64,000 nucleotides of DNA from Candidatus Dormiibacterota bacterium (GCA_035536395.1 DATLOE010000018.1:16193-80192), one strand, 5' to 3'. Shown: positions 9,717-20,121, counted from the first letter of the stretch. A program made the numbers and translations. Notes: a model not told the origin generated them from the sequence alone.

Positions 9717-10724
9717 TCAAATAGTTCTGCCTACTAGTACGATCTCTTCCACCATGCGATTGCAGTAACCCCATTCGTTATCGTACCAAGCTACGACCTT
9801 TACCAAATTACCGCCGACTACGTTTGTAAGCTTCAGGTCGGCAATGGCTGAAAAAGTATTACCAATGAAATCACTGGAAACAAGCTCCTCTTCGGTCACG
9901 GCCAAAATATGCTTGAGGCGCGGGCTTTGAGATGCATGTATTAGGGCTGCGTTTACCTCCTCTATCGTCGTATCCTTTTTGGTCACAAAGGTAAAATCGC
10001 TCAGGCTGACAACCGGTGTTGGCACCCGAATGCTCAGGCCCTCAAAAATACCCTTAAGCGCGGGGAAGGCCCGGGCGGCCGCCTTAGAGGCGCCGGTTGT
10101 AGTCGGCACAATGTTCTCAGCAGCATTGCGCGCCTCGCGCAGATCCTTGGCCGGCCCGTCCTGCAAGGCTTGGCTGGCGGTATAGGAGTGAATAGTGGTC
10201 ATCATGGCCTTTTCTATACCGAATTCGGCCTCTATTACAGCCGCTACCGGGGTAATGCTATTGGTGGTGCAGGAGGCATTGGAAACCACGGTGTCTTTGG
10301 CACTAATCTGATCTTCATTTACACCAATGACGTAGGTGGGAATAGTTTCTTCTTTGGCCGGAGCAGAAATAATTACGCGCTTAGCGCCAGCAGTCAGGTG
10401 CTTTTTGGCATCTTCATAATGGGTAAAACGGCCGGTACTCTCTACCACCACATCAATGGCCAGCTCTTTCCACGGCAGAGCGGCCGGATCTTTTTCGGCC
10501 AGTACCTGGACTTTATGCTTACCGACAATAATATGCTGTTCGTCGCAATCGACTTCTTGATGGTAAAGGCCGTAGTTCGAATCGTGTTTTAAGAGATGAG
10601 CCAGGGTCTTGGTATCAGTTAGGTCGTTGACAGCTACCACCTCCAGCTCCGGATTATCGAAGGCGATCTTGAAGGTATTGCGGCCAATGCGGCCAAACCC
10701 ATTAATAGCGACTCGAATAGCCAT
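9717..10724 (-). CDS. gap: Glyceraldehyde-3-phosphate dehydrogenase
   Basis: INGFGRIGR, SNASCTTN and WYDNEWGY motifs. Confidence 0.97.
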   Translation of the reverse strand: MAIRVAINGFGRIGRNTFKIAFDNPELEVVAVNDLTDTKTLAHLLKHDSNYGLYHQEVDCDEQHIIVGKHKVQVLAEKDPAALPWKELAIDVVVESTGRFTHYEDAKKHLTAGAKRVIISAPAKEETIPTYVIGVNEDQISAKDTVVSNASCTTNSITPVAAVIEAEFGIEKAMMTTIHSYTASQALQDGPAKDLREARNAAENIVPTTTGASKAAARAFPALKGIFEGLSIRVPTPVVSLSDFTFVTKKDTTIEEVNAALIHASQSPRLKHILAVTEEELVSSDFIGNTFSAIADLKLTNVVGGNLVKVVAWYDNEWGYCNRMVEEIVLVGRTI

Positions 10725-10790
10725 ATGTCTGTTTTTGCCTGTTTACAGGAGTAATTATATAAGCATTAGCGCTTTACTACAAGGTAATAA

Positions 10791-11324
10791 CTAGGGTACC
10801 AGCTCTGGTCCTTTATCGAGATGGCTTTTGTAAAATTCAATAATCTGCTTTTCATCGACATTATCGAGATTTAGGGTGTATGTCCAGGCCGCCAATTGGA
10901 CGGCGTTGCTGTTTTTGGCTCTTGGCACCACAATCGCTTTGATGCTGCCAAACTGTTGGCTGCGGGGCAAAGTATTAAACAAGTTCTTTAGCTTATCTAT
11001 CTGGGCCTTCGGCAGATCCGGCTTGTAAGCGATTACAATACCACCGTGCTCCATATTATGTATTAATGTCTCGTCGGCCAGCTCCTGCTCTTTTACCCCC
11101 CAGGGAGCAGGGCTTGTGTAATGCGGCCCAGAGCTGGGCAGATCGGAATTATAAGGCTCATGGGCAGCGCCGTTTGTAATGTGTTCCTGGCCCTGATCGG
11201 CATGCTTGGTACCGGCATTTGTCTTCGTGCTCGGAGTCTCGGCCGGCGGCTTGTTGCCCCCGCCTAAGTAAAAAACACCGATCATAACTGCTGCGACTGC
11301 AGCGACAGCTACACCTAACCACAT
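10791..11324 (-). CDS. DUF3105-like membrane-anchored protein
   Basis: N-terminal TM; PSSGPH, HNMEHG and LAAW motifs. Confidence 0.75.
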   Translation of the reverse strand: MWLGVAVAAVAAVMIGVFYLGGGNKPPAETPSTKTNAGTKHADQGQEHITNGAAHEPYNSDLPSSGPHYTSPAPWGVKEQELADETLIHNMEHGGIVIAYKPDLPKAQIDKLKNLFNTLPRSQQFGSIKAIVVPRAKNSNAVQLAAWTYTLNLDNVDEKQIIEFYKSHLDKGPELVP

Positions 11325-11391
11325 ATTACTTCCTTTGCGTACCGCTTAATAAAACAATAAATAGTATAACAAGCTTTAATAAAAAGCCGAA

Positions 11392-11416
11392 CCCCGGACG
11401 CGTTATGCGTCCGGGG
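11392..11416 (-). terminator. Intrinsic terminator of orphan gene 11430-11783
   Basis: CCCCGGACGC/GCGTCCGGGG stem; U-tract nearby on the minus strand. Confidence 0.7.
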
Positions 11417-11429
11417 CTTATTGTTACCG

Positions 11430-11783
11430 CTATGCTGCAATGACCGTTTGCTGTTGCTTGCCCGATGTAACCGGCAAGCCTTTACCCCTGATCATGCTTC
11501 TGGAAACATCAACTGATCTGTATGACAGCCTCAGATGGCCGGCCTTAAGATGTTCTTCGCAGTGGATCAGGGCCTCCAAAAGCCGTTCACGCCGTACCAT
11601 CACCTTGACGCTGCGGAATTTGTCTCTCAGAACCCGATTACGATCGCGCTCAGTCAACCGATCCATAACCTCTCCGGTTTCCGTATGCACGCTCCGAAAG
11701 CCATTCCAGGCAAGCATCAGAGCTACGGCTTGAAGTCGGTTGTAGTCGGGTTCAAAGTGAACCAACTCCCACGTTCCGTCCAT
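11430..11783 (-). CDS. Orphan hypothetical protein (117 aa, ends VIAA)
   Basis: GAGGTGGGAG before ATG 11783; own promoter and terminator. Confidence 0.7.
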   Translation of the reverse strand: MDGTWELVHFEPDYNRLQAVALMLAWNGFRSVHTETGEVMDRLTERDRNRVLRDKFRSVKVMVRRERLLEALIHCEEHLKAGHLRLSYRSVDVSRSMIRGKGLPVTSGKQQQTVIAA

Positions 11784-11816
11784 CTCCCACCTCACTAGCG
11801 GTTGTACTGTACAAGA

Positions 11817-11886
11817 TCAGGGTGGCTGGACTCGAACCAACAACCGACAGCTGTGCCATCCGCTCTACCAATTGAGCTACACCCTG
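11817..11886 (-). ncRNA. tRNA-like element (5-nt anticodon loop, no encoded CCA)
   Basis: CAGGGTG/CACCCTG acceptor; TA-GCTC-AATTGGTA-GAGC D arm; GATGG-CACAG-CTGTC anticodon arm; GTTGG-TTCGAGT-CCAGC T arm. Confidence 0.8.
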
Positions 11887-12051
11887 AAGTTTTCCGTCGC
11901 AATAATGTCACTATTAAAAACGGCCTCTGTTGAGGCCTCTGTAACTTACTGCTTTTAGTTAGCGTACATGAAGCCTCACTGTTGCCGTATCGGCAGCAGC
12001 ACAACAAAGGCGCGAATAATTGCGTTGTGCGTGTAAGTCTTCACGAAGAAT

Positions 12052-12080
12052 AAACTACTCCTGGTAGCCTCGGTTGTCAA
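12052..12080 (-). promoter_or_regulatory. Promoter for the structured leader, tRNA mimic and orphan ORF
   Basis: TTGACA (12080-12075), 17 nt, TAGTTT (12057-12052). Confidence 0.6.
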
Positions 12081-12089
12081 TCCCTCAGG

Positions 12090-12476
12090 CTACTCAGTGA
12101 CAATGACGGTACCTGTCATCCCTGCATGCGGCTGGCAAAGATAGGTATAAGTACCGGCTTTGGTAAAAGTAAAGCTGTAGCTTTCACCCTTACCCAAAAG
12201 TGCGCTCCTTGGGCCATCGGTCTGATCACTGATTACATCATGCAAGTCTGCATCTTGGTTGGTCCATGTGACTAGGGTGCCCTTTTTAATGGTGATGGTC
12301 TTGGGGTTAAAGGCAGTATTTTGCATGATAACCTCATTTGTGGCCACAGGGTTTTCAGATGAAGAAGCTGGCTGCTCCAATGTTTGTGGTTGTCTGCCAC
12401 CACCTAGGTACATATAGGTGCCGACTCCGGCGGCAGCTAGCAGAATTACTAGAACGATAATAGTAAACTTCTTCAC
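12090..12476 (-). CDS. Cupredoxin (plastocyanin/amicyanin-like)
   Basis: N-terminal anchor; H...C-x2-H-x2-M copper ligands (HDV, YLCQPHAGM). Confidence 0.88.
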   Translation of the reverse strand: MKKFTIIVLVILLAAAGVGTYMYLGGGRQPQTLEQPASSSENPVATNEVIMQNTAFNPKTITIKKGTLVTWTNQDADLHDVISDQTDGPRSALLGKGESYSFTFTKAGTYTYLCQPHAGMTGTVIVTE

Positions 12477-13159
12477 TATTTCTCCTTGTATTTATCGTTA
12501 AATTGGCTGATCGCACCCTGAGCCAGCTGGTCGGCTAGCTGGCCTAGTTTGCCTACATCGGCCTTTTCCCGCTCGAACGATTTAGCATACTCCCCCGCCC
12601 GGTAAGCGTCTGCTACAGATTTAACCAAACCGATATGTTCATCTAGATGCTTCTTCAGGTTAGCTTTAGAGAGCTGGGGGTTAAGCTCGGCGAGCGAGCC
12701 GATGACTTTTTCTATGTTTGTATTCAGCTCAGAGGCTTTGGCGGTAATTGCAGTCTGGTCTCCTCCTTTAATCGCTTCTGCATAGGTCCGAATAGATTTG
12801 GTGTAAGTGTCCCAGGCAACTCTAACTTGCTTTGCTTTATCTTCCCCATAGTCATCGGCCAGCAGTTTCTGGAGATCACTGGAATTCTCATCCAGGCTGG
12901 CTGAAGCCAAATCAAGATAAGGCGCTCCGTCTAGTGTCGCCCGAGTTAATCTTGCTGAAAGGCCGGCATGTGCGCTAAAGACAGTGTTTAACTCCACCCG
13001 TAAATTGGCAGCCTTTGTGTAGGCATCCGCCTGGCTAGCGACTGGTGTAGTTGGAATAAGTTGGTTTGCGATTAGCACACTACCACCAAAACCTGCACCT
13101 ATGCCCAGTAACACAGATATTAAGGCTACCGTCAGACTTGATGTTTTATCTGGTTCCAT
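12476..13159 (-). CDS. Membrane-anchored helical hypothetical protein
   Basis: 227-aa ORF with N-terminal TM, coupled to the cupredoxin. Confidence 0.7.
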   Translation of the reverse strand: MEPDKTSSLTVALISVLLGIGAGFGGSVLIANQLIPTTPVASQADAYTKAANLRVELNTVFSAHAGLSARLTRATLDGAPYLDLASASLDENSSDLQKLLADDYGEDKAKQVRVAWDTYTKSIRTYAEAIKGGDQTAITAKASELNTNIEKVIGSLAELNPQLSKANLKKHLDEHIGLVKSVADAYRAGEYAKSFEREKADVGKLGQLADQLAQGAISQFNDKYKEK

Positions 13160-13187
13160 GATTCTTACTTATTTTAGCATAAGCGCT

Positions 13188-14141
13188 TTAATACTGAGGC
13201 GATTTGGCAGGACGACGGTTCATGGAATCTATGTGATGGCGTATGGCAATAGCAGCTGTAACCCCCTCCCCCACGGCGCTTGCGATCTGGCCGGTAGAGC
13301 CCCCACGAATGTCGCCGGCCGCAAATACGCCAGGCTGACTGGCAGCAAAGTTCTTATCGACTTTTACAAACCCTCGTTCGTCCAACGCCACAGCACCCTT
13401 CACCCAACCGGTATTCGGAATAAGACCGATGAATACAAAAGCGCCGTCGGCCTGAATGTGGCTCACTTCACCGGTTTTGGTATTACGAATGGCAGCACCG
13501 GTAAACTTCCCTTCCTCACTATCAAAGCTATCAACCGCGGTATTAAACTGAATGTCGATCTTGGGGTTCTGCACCGCCTGCTCAGCCAGGATTTGTGTGC
13601 CTTTTAGGGCCGGTCCGCGCACCAGCATTGTCACTTTATCAGCAAACTTGGTTAAAAACTGACCTTCTTGCAGAGCCGAGTTACCGCCTCCTATAGCCAG
13701 CAAATGCTTACCGCGGTAAAAAGCGCCGTCGCAAGTAGCACAGTAATGCACCCCCTTGCCGGTCAGCTCCTTCTCTCCCAGTACACCCAGCTTTCGGTAT
13801 GCCGTACCCATGGCGAGCAAGATGGCCTTGGCTTTAAATTCCCCGCCTGAAGTCGTAACTGCTACACCTTCTTCATGGCTTGCAATCGATTGCACCCGAA
13901 TGCCGGTTTTTATCTCGGCGCCGAAGCGCTTAGCCTGCTTACATAAATTATCGGCCAGCTCAATACCGCCGATGCCCTCTGGGAACCCCGGGTAGTTATC
14001 GACATGCTCGGTGGTGGCTATCATTCCACCTACCACCTCAGCTTCCAAAACCATCGTCTTTAAATCTTCACGCGTAGTGTAGATGGCGGCAGCTAGGCCG
14101 GTGGGACCAGCACCGACTATGACTACATCATATTCCTCCAC
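13188..14141 (-). CDS. trxB: Thioredoxin reductase
   Basis: GAGPTG, CATCDG, GGGNSA and AAGD motifs. Confidence 0.95.
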   Translation of the reverse strand: MEEYDVVIVGAGPTGLAAAIYTTREDLKTMVLEAEVVGGMIATTEHVDNYPGFPEGIGGIELADNLCKQAKRFGAEIKTGIRVQSIASHEEGVAVTTSGGEFKAKAILLAMGTAYRKLGVLGEKELTGKGVHYCATCDGAFYRGKHLLAIGGGNSALQEGQFLTKFADKVTMLVRGPALKGTQILAEQAVQNPKIDIQFNTAVDSFDSEEGKFTGAAIRNTKTGEVSHIQADGAFVFIGLIPNTGWVKGAVALDERGFVKVDKNFAASQPGVFAAGDIRGGSTGQIASAVGEGVTAAIAIRHHIDSMNRRPAKSPQY

Positions 14142-14142
14142 G

Positions 14143-14397
14143 TTAAATCCCCAGTGCTTGGCTTAATCGCTGCTGATCGAATCCCAGAATATGCTCTTCA
14201 CTACCGTCGTTTTTTTGAATGACAGTAAAAGGCACTGCCAGCTGACCGCTGGCTTTTACCATCTCTTCGGCCGCTTTTTGGTCGGTATCCACCGCAACTT
14301 CTTCAAAAGCTATATTGTGTTCGGCAAGAAACTCTTTTTCGGCCCCGCAAAATTTACAGGTAGCCGTGGTGTAAATCTTAACTTTTGGCATAACCAT
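14143..14397 (-). CDS. Glutaredoxin/NrdH-like redoxin
   Basis: CKFC, SGQLAVP and GFD motifs. Confidence 0.85.
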   Translation of the reverse strand: MVMPKVKIYTTATCKFCGAEKEFLAEHNIAFEEVAVDTDQKAAEEMVKASGQLAVPFTVIQKNDGSEEHILGFDQQRLSQALGI

Positions 14398-14442
14398 CCT
14401 TTGTTCTTACACATTATACCAGTTAAGCACAAGCAGTTTAAT

Positions 14443-15018
14443 TTAATTTGGTTTGTTGTTGGGATTGCCTCTATTGCCGGGACTAGCCTTCACCTCATTA
14501 GTCTTGGCTTTTTGATCTTCGTGTTTGCCGCCAGCCGGGCTGTTTTTTTGAAGACCCAGGCCATTACCTGGTACAGCCTCTGGCCTGCCTGGCGTGGTCG
14601 GTGCAGCAGGAGCCGGAAGAATAATTGATGCCGGCTGGGTACCTGGAATTTTCTGGGCAGCATTAGGCGCAGCGGGCACAGTACCGGGTACCTGGCTCCA
14701 TATCCCGCGCATTATCTTAGTATCGGACTCTGTAATGGGGGCTGTTTTCTGTCTCTCGCCTAAGATACGGGTAAACTGTTTGGTGTCATATAAGAGCAAG
14801 GCCGCATTAGCGACAATTAAGACAGTCATTAGCATTGGTGGGAGGATTCCTCTTAAAAACTTATGGCGGAGCCTAATAGCTCGGCGCACTTTTTCTAAAT
14901 CCTGCCCGCTCAAGTATTTTTCCAGCTCAGTCGGGCAGACACGGCTAGTTGCACCATCCCCGAAAGATAATAGAACAGTTTGATCGCTCTCTACACTGAA
15001 ATCTTTTAATACCCTCAT
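14443..15018 (-). CDS. Hypothetical single-TM protein with Pro-rich tail
   Basis: 191-aa ORF; TATAAT 6 nt before ATG. Confidence 0.65.
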   Translation of the reverse strand: MRVLKDFSVESDQTVLLSFGDGATSRVCPTELEKYLSGQDLEKVRRAIRLRHKFLRGILPPMLMTVLIVANAALLLYDTKQFTRILGERQKTAPITESDTKIMRGIWSQVPGTVPAAPNAAQKIPGTQPASIILPAPAAPTTPGRPEAVPGNGLGLQKNSPAGGKHEDQKAKTNEVKASPGNRGNPNNKPN

Positions 15019-15134
15019 AGTTAAATTATATCAAGTAATATCACCATTAGGCTTTAAAAACATTAAAAACGTAAGTTCTATCTGTTATTTAAAAGCATAA
15101 ACCCATTGGAACCAGCTTCCTATATAATGGTGAT

Positions 15135-16118
15135 ATGAAGAAGATTCCGATTACTGCCATTACCGGCTTTTTGGGCTCAGGCAAGACCACCCTGCTCAAC
15201 CATATTCTGGAAAACAACCAGGGTTTAAAAATCGGCGTGGTCGTGAATGATTACGGGCAGATTAATATCGATTCCAAGCTGATTGCCGCCCGCACAGATA
15301 AAACGCTAGAGCTGACCAACGGCTGTATGTGCTGCAGTTTGAGTTCGCTAGAGCTAGATGAAGCCATTAGCCAGTTCGCCCACCCCGGCAGCCAGATAGA
15401 TTACATTATTATAGAAGCAAGTGGACTGGCCGAGCCTTCAGACCTGGCCGCCACCCTGCGCGCTGCCATGGGCCGCTACACCCGGCTAGACAGCATCATT
15501 GCGATTATTGATGCCTACAATTTAGAGAAGAATGCCGCAGAACACGATTCGGCTATACGTCAGATAGAATACAGCGACTTTGTGATTATTAATAAGACCG
15601 ATCTGGTGCCGAAGAGCAAAGTCGATGATATAACCAAACTGATTAAAGGCATGAACGAACGGGTGCGCATTTTTACGGCCAAGCACGCCCAGGTGGATGT
15701 GCGTTTGCTCCTGGGTCAGGAACCGGAGCGGGCTGAGCACAAGGAACCAGGGCATAAACACAAGCACGCGCATGATGATTATTCCAGTGTCAGCTTTGAG
15801 ACAGATAAGGCCTTAGACCCGCTGAAGTTCCAGAACTTCGTGAACAAGCAAATACCAAATGAAGTTTACCGGGCTAAAGGCTTCGTGAACTTAGGTAATA
15901 AAGGCCACCGACGCAAATATCTCTTTCAGTTGGTAGGCAAACGAGCCGACATTACCTGGACAGACTGGGGCGAGGAAAAGCCCCAGACTGCTCTGGTGTT
16001 TATAGGCAAAGGGTTCGATAAAGCCAAGACACTCGCGCAAATTGAGGCTTGTATTGATCCGGAACCAACTAAGTACGATCCTGGTATTGAGGTGGTACTC
16101 CCCCGCCGGGAGCTATAG
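15135..16118 (+). CDS. CobW/COG0523-family metallochaperone GTPase
   Basis: GFLGSGKTT, GCMCC, EASG, NKTD, His-rich linker and CobW C-terminal domain. Confidence 0.92.
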   Translation: MKKIPITAITGFLGSGKTTLLNHILENNQGLKIGVVVNDYGQINIDSKLIAARTDKTLELTNGCMCCSLSSLELDEAISQFAHPGSQIDYIIIEASGLAEPSDLAATLRAAMGRYTRLDSIIAIIDAYNLEKNAAEHDSAIRQIEYSDFVIINKTDLVPKSKVDDITKLIKGMNERVRIFTAKHAQVDVRLLLGQEPERAEHKEPGHKHKHAHDDYSSVSFETDKALDPLKFQNFVNKQIPNEVYRAKGFVNLGNKGHRRKYLFQLVGKRADITWTDWGEEKPQTALVFIGKGFDKAKTLAQIEACIDPEPTKYDPGIEVVLPRREL

Positions 16119-16158
16119 CTTACTGTTTGCTATCTGTTCACCTTCAAGGCAAGTGTAG

Positions 16159-18465
16159 TTATTCTTGAACCATATAATAGAAGACTCTCTCGATTGTATC
16201 CGGTTCGGCTATTTTTATGGTAAAGCCGATTTTATCGCTTTCTATAGAGTAAATTATAGGCGTGCCTACTGGGCTGGCAACAATGAATGGTTTGGTGCTG
16301 TATGGTTTTAGGAAAGCTTTATGGACAGATGTCTGCCCCGCTGGAATTACAACTTCTCCTCTAGTGTCTTCGTTGCCTTTTATGTGGCCGGCAATCGTTA
16401 TGCCCCCTTCGAAGGTGGCAGTACCGGTTACTACTAAGTTATTAATGGTAGCTGTACCGGATACGTTTAGGTTTGCGAAGTCACTGCCCTGACCCTGCAC
16501 TTGCTCTAGAGTCGCAATTCTTTGTTCAAGGCCTTTGGTTTTTGCATCAAGTTCTGTAGTGGCTTTAATGTTCAGGATGCCCAGGCCGGTGTAGTCTAGG
16601 GTTTTATAACCATTGCTGTCGGTTGAGACTAAGCTTGGGAATAGTAGTTCTACGTCTTGGGCAATTAGACCGGTTTGAGTAGCCGTGCCAAAGTTGTACT
16701 CTGGGAACTCATCACTGCGCCAATCATAATTCACGACCTTTAGCTGGCCGAAGCTAGAGAGTATATCTGATACATTCGTAATGTTCTTTTTTAACCTTTC
16801 ATCTGAGGAACAGCTGCCGGCTATGACTGTGGCATCGGCATCCTTCACACAGCCGGTGGTACCAGTTCCAACCCTCAGATCATCATCGGTTCTAAGTTCA
16901 TTAGCCGCCCCGCGGTAGAGGTTGGTATCGGCGACATTGGTACCATCGCTCCAGTCATGCTTGCCAGTAGCATTAATTACAAAGCGATTTTGTGTTTCTC
17001 CGCTGACAAAGGTAGTGAAAGAATTACCAGCAGTAGTCTGGTTAATTGAACCGATTCGCCCACCCGTGACTCCTGTTCCTCCTACAATAAAACCGCCAGT
17101 TTGATCGGTACGAAGCACCGGGAGCCCCGCACTGGTAGATCTGTAAAGACTGGTGTCGCGGACACTGGCTCCACCTGGACCCCATTCCATAGACCCGTCC
17201 GCCCTGATGGCAAAGCGATTGATGCTATCGCTAGTAACAGCTGACAAATATGCAAGATCGCTAGCCGATGCCCTAAGAGATCGTAATGAGCCGTCAGTTT
17301 GTAATACTCCTACTCCTTGGCGATAGAGGTTAGTGTCGGTGCCAAAAGTTATACCCCCAGCAGCGGTTCCCCCAGTATCAGACAGCTGCAAGGTATAGGT
17401 ATCAGCCTTGGCGATCCTGACTCCGATATCCGAGATAATACCCGCAGTCTGGCCGGCAACATCAATCCCAACAGAATTTTGCAGTAAGTTATTGTTTGAG
17501 CTACTATTCTGCACCAACAAGCCGGTTGCCCTAGTAACAGTGCCAGTGATGGCTGTCGCAGCAAACTCGGCCAACCCCTGGACTTGAGCACCGTATGTAT
17601 TGGTAATAGTACCAAAGCTTTGGCCAGCACCTGGAATCCAGGTAGCCAACCGGCCGCCTATAAGTGATGTCGCGCTGCCACTACCCTGCCATCGGGTTTC
17701 GAAATGTCCGCCCATGACATTACCAGTAAGTGTTTGGGTATTGGTGGTTGGAACTTCCGCTGACATTACGAACGATCGAAACTCAGTCGAGGAGCTTGAA
17801 GCTGGGTTGACCATGATTGAACTATGTACACCAGCAGTAGCACCAGGCGCAGTATTACTAAGGGTGCCAAAGAAATTTACAAACCCATCTGTAATTAACC
17901 CCGCTCCAACCCCCAAGCTACCCATTACATGCAAGTTCCGGCTCGGCGTAGCAGTGCCAATGCCCACATAGCCATTGCTGGTATCGACATTTAGAATCGT
18001 ACCCCCTGCCGTATTCTGTACGCCGAAAGCAGTAGTAGAATCGGTATTATTCCTAAACAGCTGATTATTACCAGTGAAAGTCTGGGAGTTGCGGTCGAGT
18101 AAGGCGACGTTAGAAGATAATTGGGAGTCGCCAATGCTGCCACTAGGGCCTTCGGGGCCTTGGTCGCCAATGGCACCTTGCAAACCCTGTGGGCCAATCT
18201 CGCCTGCTAGACCTATGGTGCCATCTTGCCCATCTATGCCATTAGCACCGTTAATCCCGGCTGTTCCGGTTTGGCCACGCTCACCTGGGTAGGTAATGAA
18301 CCGGTCGGCTATAAGGCCAGCCGAAGCTCCGATGATGACAACTGTAGTTAATAAGAAGAGTTTATTTAAAAGGAGGTGGCCAGATTGGTTTCGGAGCGGG
18401 AATAAATCACTACCACCCCCTCCTAGTCGGGGGTGGAGTTGTATGGATTTAGAAAGATTAAGCAA
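16159..18465 (-). CDS. Collagen-repeat, tail-fibre-like protein with peptidase S74 chaperone domain (start uncertain)
   Basis: TM, Gly-X-Y run, VGIGTATP, SSDERLKKNI...GLIAQDVE...LDY, coiled coil. Confidence 0.85.
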   Translation of the reverse strand: MLNLSKSIQLHPRLGGGGSDLFPLRNQSGHLLLNKLFLLTTVVIIGASAGLIADRFITYPGERGQTGTAGINGANGIDGQDGTIGLAGEIGPQGLQGAIGDQGPEGPSGSIGDSQLSSNVALLDRNSQTFTGNNQLFRNNTDSTTAFGVQNTAGGTILNVDTSNGYVGIGTATPSRNLHVMGSLGVGAGLITDGFVNFFGTLSNTAPGATAGVHSSIMVNPASSSSTEFRSFVMSAEVPTTNTQTLTGNVMGGHFETRWQGSGSATSLIGGRLATWIPGAGQSFGTITNTYGAQVQGLAEFAATAITGTVTRATGLLVQNSSSNNNLLQNSVGIDVAGQTAGIISDIGVRIAKADTYTLQLSDTGGTAAGGITFGTDTNLYRQGVGVLQTDGSLRSLRASASDLAYLSAVTSDSINRFAIRADGSMEWGPGGASVRDTSLYRSTSAGLPVLRTDQTGGFIVGGTGVTGGRIGSINQTTAGNSFTTFVSGETQNRFVINATGKHDWSDGTNVADTNLYRGAANELRTDDDLRVGTGTTGCVKDADATVIAGSCSSDERLKKNITNVSDILSSFGQLKVVNYDWRSDEFPEYNFGTATQTGLIAQDVELLFPSLVSTDSNGYKTLDYTGLGILNIKATTELDAKTKGLEQRIATLEQVQGQGSDFANLNVSGTATINNLVVTGTATFEGGITIAGHIKGNEDTRGEVVIPAGQTSVHKAFLKPYSTKPFIVASPVGTPIIYSIESDKIGFTIKIAEPDTIERVFYYMVQE

Positions 18466-18634
18466 TCTTAGTTTCAGCTGACTTCCCTCTCACTCACAAA
18501 CCTTAAATCTGAATATTATTATAATGGTTATGGTTAAGGCTGGCAACAGGTTTGTTGCCAAAGTTTACAGATTACAGTTTTCAGCTTGCAGTTCTCGCTT
18601 CGCCTTCTATTGCAAGGGGGCTCCTTGCAAGAAG

Positions 18635-19036
18635 CTACCAAACGGCGAGCAGGCCGCCCATTAGAATAAGGGCTAGCAGCGGGTAGCCGGCATTAATGGC
18701 AAACAGCTTCCTGCCCTTTTCTTCAAAGACGGCATTGGCGCCCATAGTCGGCAGTACAAAGCCAAGCCAGGCCCACAGGCCGGTCTGAGCTCCCTGGTAG
18801 AAAGTAGCCGCTCCGGTATAATCGATGAATACCGCCAATACGAACGCCATAATGAGCGAACCGATAGTAGTTAGGGCGTAGCCGGTTGTGGCGCCACCCA
18901 TATCCTCCATCTTCTTACCAACTGCCTTAGCCCAGGCGTCGCCAAACGCCGGCCGGGAATACCAGGCCGCTCCGGCTGCCATATTAAGTATTGCTGCTAC
19001 TACCACCGCCACATAATTTACATCTGCTTCGGGCAT
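18635..19036 (-). CDS. DUF1761-like membrane protein
   Basis: NY.AVVVAA...GAAWYS...FG..W; four TM helices. Confidence 0.75.
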   Translation of the reverse strand: MPEADVNYVAVVVAAILNMAAGAAWYSRPAFGDAWAKAVGKKMEDMGGATTGYALTTIGSLIMAFVLAVFIDYTGAATFYQGAQTGLWAWLGFVLPTMGANAVFEEKGRKLFAINAGYPLLALILMGGLLAVW

Positions 19037-19103
19037 ATCATACCCTCCCTTTACTTTGCCCTAACTTTAAACCTCTTACTTAGACGTTGTCAAACAGTAT
19101 CAA

Positions 19104-19631
19104 CTAAATTTTAAGCTTGGAGGCAAACTGGTGCTTTAATTTCTGTAGTTTGGGATTAATGACTACCCGGCAGTAGGCCTCCTCTGGGTGGCGGGCAAAG
19201 TAATCGCGGTGGTATTCCTCTGCCGGATAAAACTCCGTAAGCGGCAGAAGTTCGGTAGTAATCGGATCCTTCCATAAACTAGCCGCCTTGCGTATAGAGG
19301 CACTGGCTGAGGCTTTTTGCTCGTGATTATGATAGAAAATCACCGAACGGTACTGAGAGCCGATGTCATTCCCCTGCCTATTTCGGGTGGTCGGGTCGTG
19401 TATCGCCCAAAAGATATCCAGTAGTTCGCCAAAGCTTACCATATTCGGGTTGAATTCTATTTGAACAGCCTCGGCGTGGCCGGTAGACCCGCCGCATACT
19501 TGCTCGTATGTCGGATTAGGAACGCTGCCTCCGACATATCCGTTGGTTACAGTGTGAACTCCCTTTACCTGCTGGTAGGCCGCCTCCAAGCACCAAAAGC
19601 AGCCGCCAGCTAAGGTCGCCTTCTGCGTCAC
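19104..19631 (-). CDS. msrA: Methionine-S-sulfoxide reductase
   Basis: GGCFWC, GHAEAV and AEEYH motifs. Confidence 0.95.
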   Translation of the reverse strand: MTQKATLAGGCFWCLEAAYQQVKGVHTVTNGYVGGSVPNPTYEQVCGGSTGHAEAVQIEFNPNMVSFGELLDIFWAIHDPTTRNRQGNDIGSQYRSVIFYHNHEQKASASASIRKAASLWKDPITTELLPLTEFYPAEEYHRDYFARHPEEAYCRVVINPKLQKLKHQFASKLKI

Positions 19632-20050
19632 TTGGTGTCTCCACCTGGTTTCACTGACTCAAATTCCAGTGCTAACGAATTAATGCAGTAACGCTTGCCG
19701 GAAGGCTTCGGCCCGTCATTAAAAACATGACCCAGGTGCGCCCCGCAATGGGCACAAATCACTTCCGTGCGCTCCATACCGAGGCTGGTATCCGAATGCA
19801 GCTCTACCGCGCCTTCGCTAGCAGCCTGGTAAAAACTAGGCCAGCCGGTGCTGGAATCGAACTTGGTATTAGATGAAAACAGCGACTGCCCGCAGGCCAC
19901 ACATTTATACATCCCGTTGTCTTTATTATCCAAATACACACCGCTAAAAGCCGGCTCGGTGCCCTTGCCGCGAATAATCTGATACTGCTCGGGTGTCAGC
20001 TTCCGACGCCAGTACTCATCTGGCGTTTTTTTAAGGTCTGAATCTTTCAC
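19628..20050 (-). CDS. msrB: Methionine-R-sulfoxide reductase
   Basis: GWPSF, HLGHVF and RYCINS motifs. Confidence 0.95.
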   Translation of the reverse strand: MKDSDLKKTPDEYWRRKLTPEQYQIIRGKGTEPAFSGVYLDNKDNGMYKCVACGQSLFSSNTKFDSSTGWPSFYQAASEGAVELHSDTSLGMERTEVICAHCGAHLGHVFNDGPKPSGKRYCINSLALEFESVKPGGDTK

Positions 20051-20121
20051 TTACCCTCTAATTAACTCTATTCAATTATGCCACACCACTGAGCAGCAGT
20101 CTTTGATATAATCAATAACCT

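Noticed and set aside
11817-11886. Functional tRNA-Cys(ACA)
   Set aside because: 5-nt loop without U33 and no CCA; reported as a tRNA mimic instead.
18365-18425. Programmed frameshift start (AGGAGG..GTG short ORF ending TTT TAA) for the S74 gene
   Set aside because: An in-frame TTG start exists at 18465 and there is no canonical slippery heptamer.
16159-18465. Prophage, suggested by S74 tail-fibre and baseplate-J-like domains
   Set aside because: No integrase, terminase, capsid or portal genes; the proteins have TM anchors and sit among housekeeping genes.
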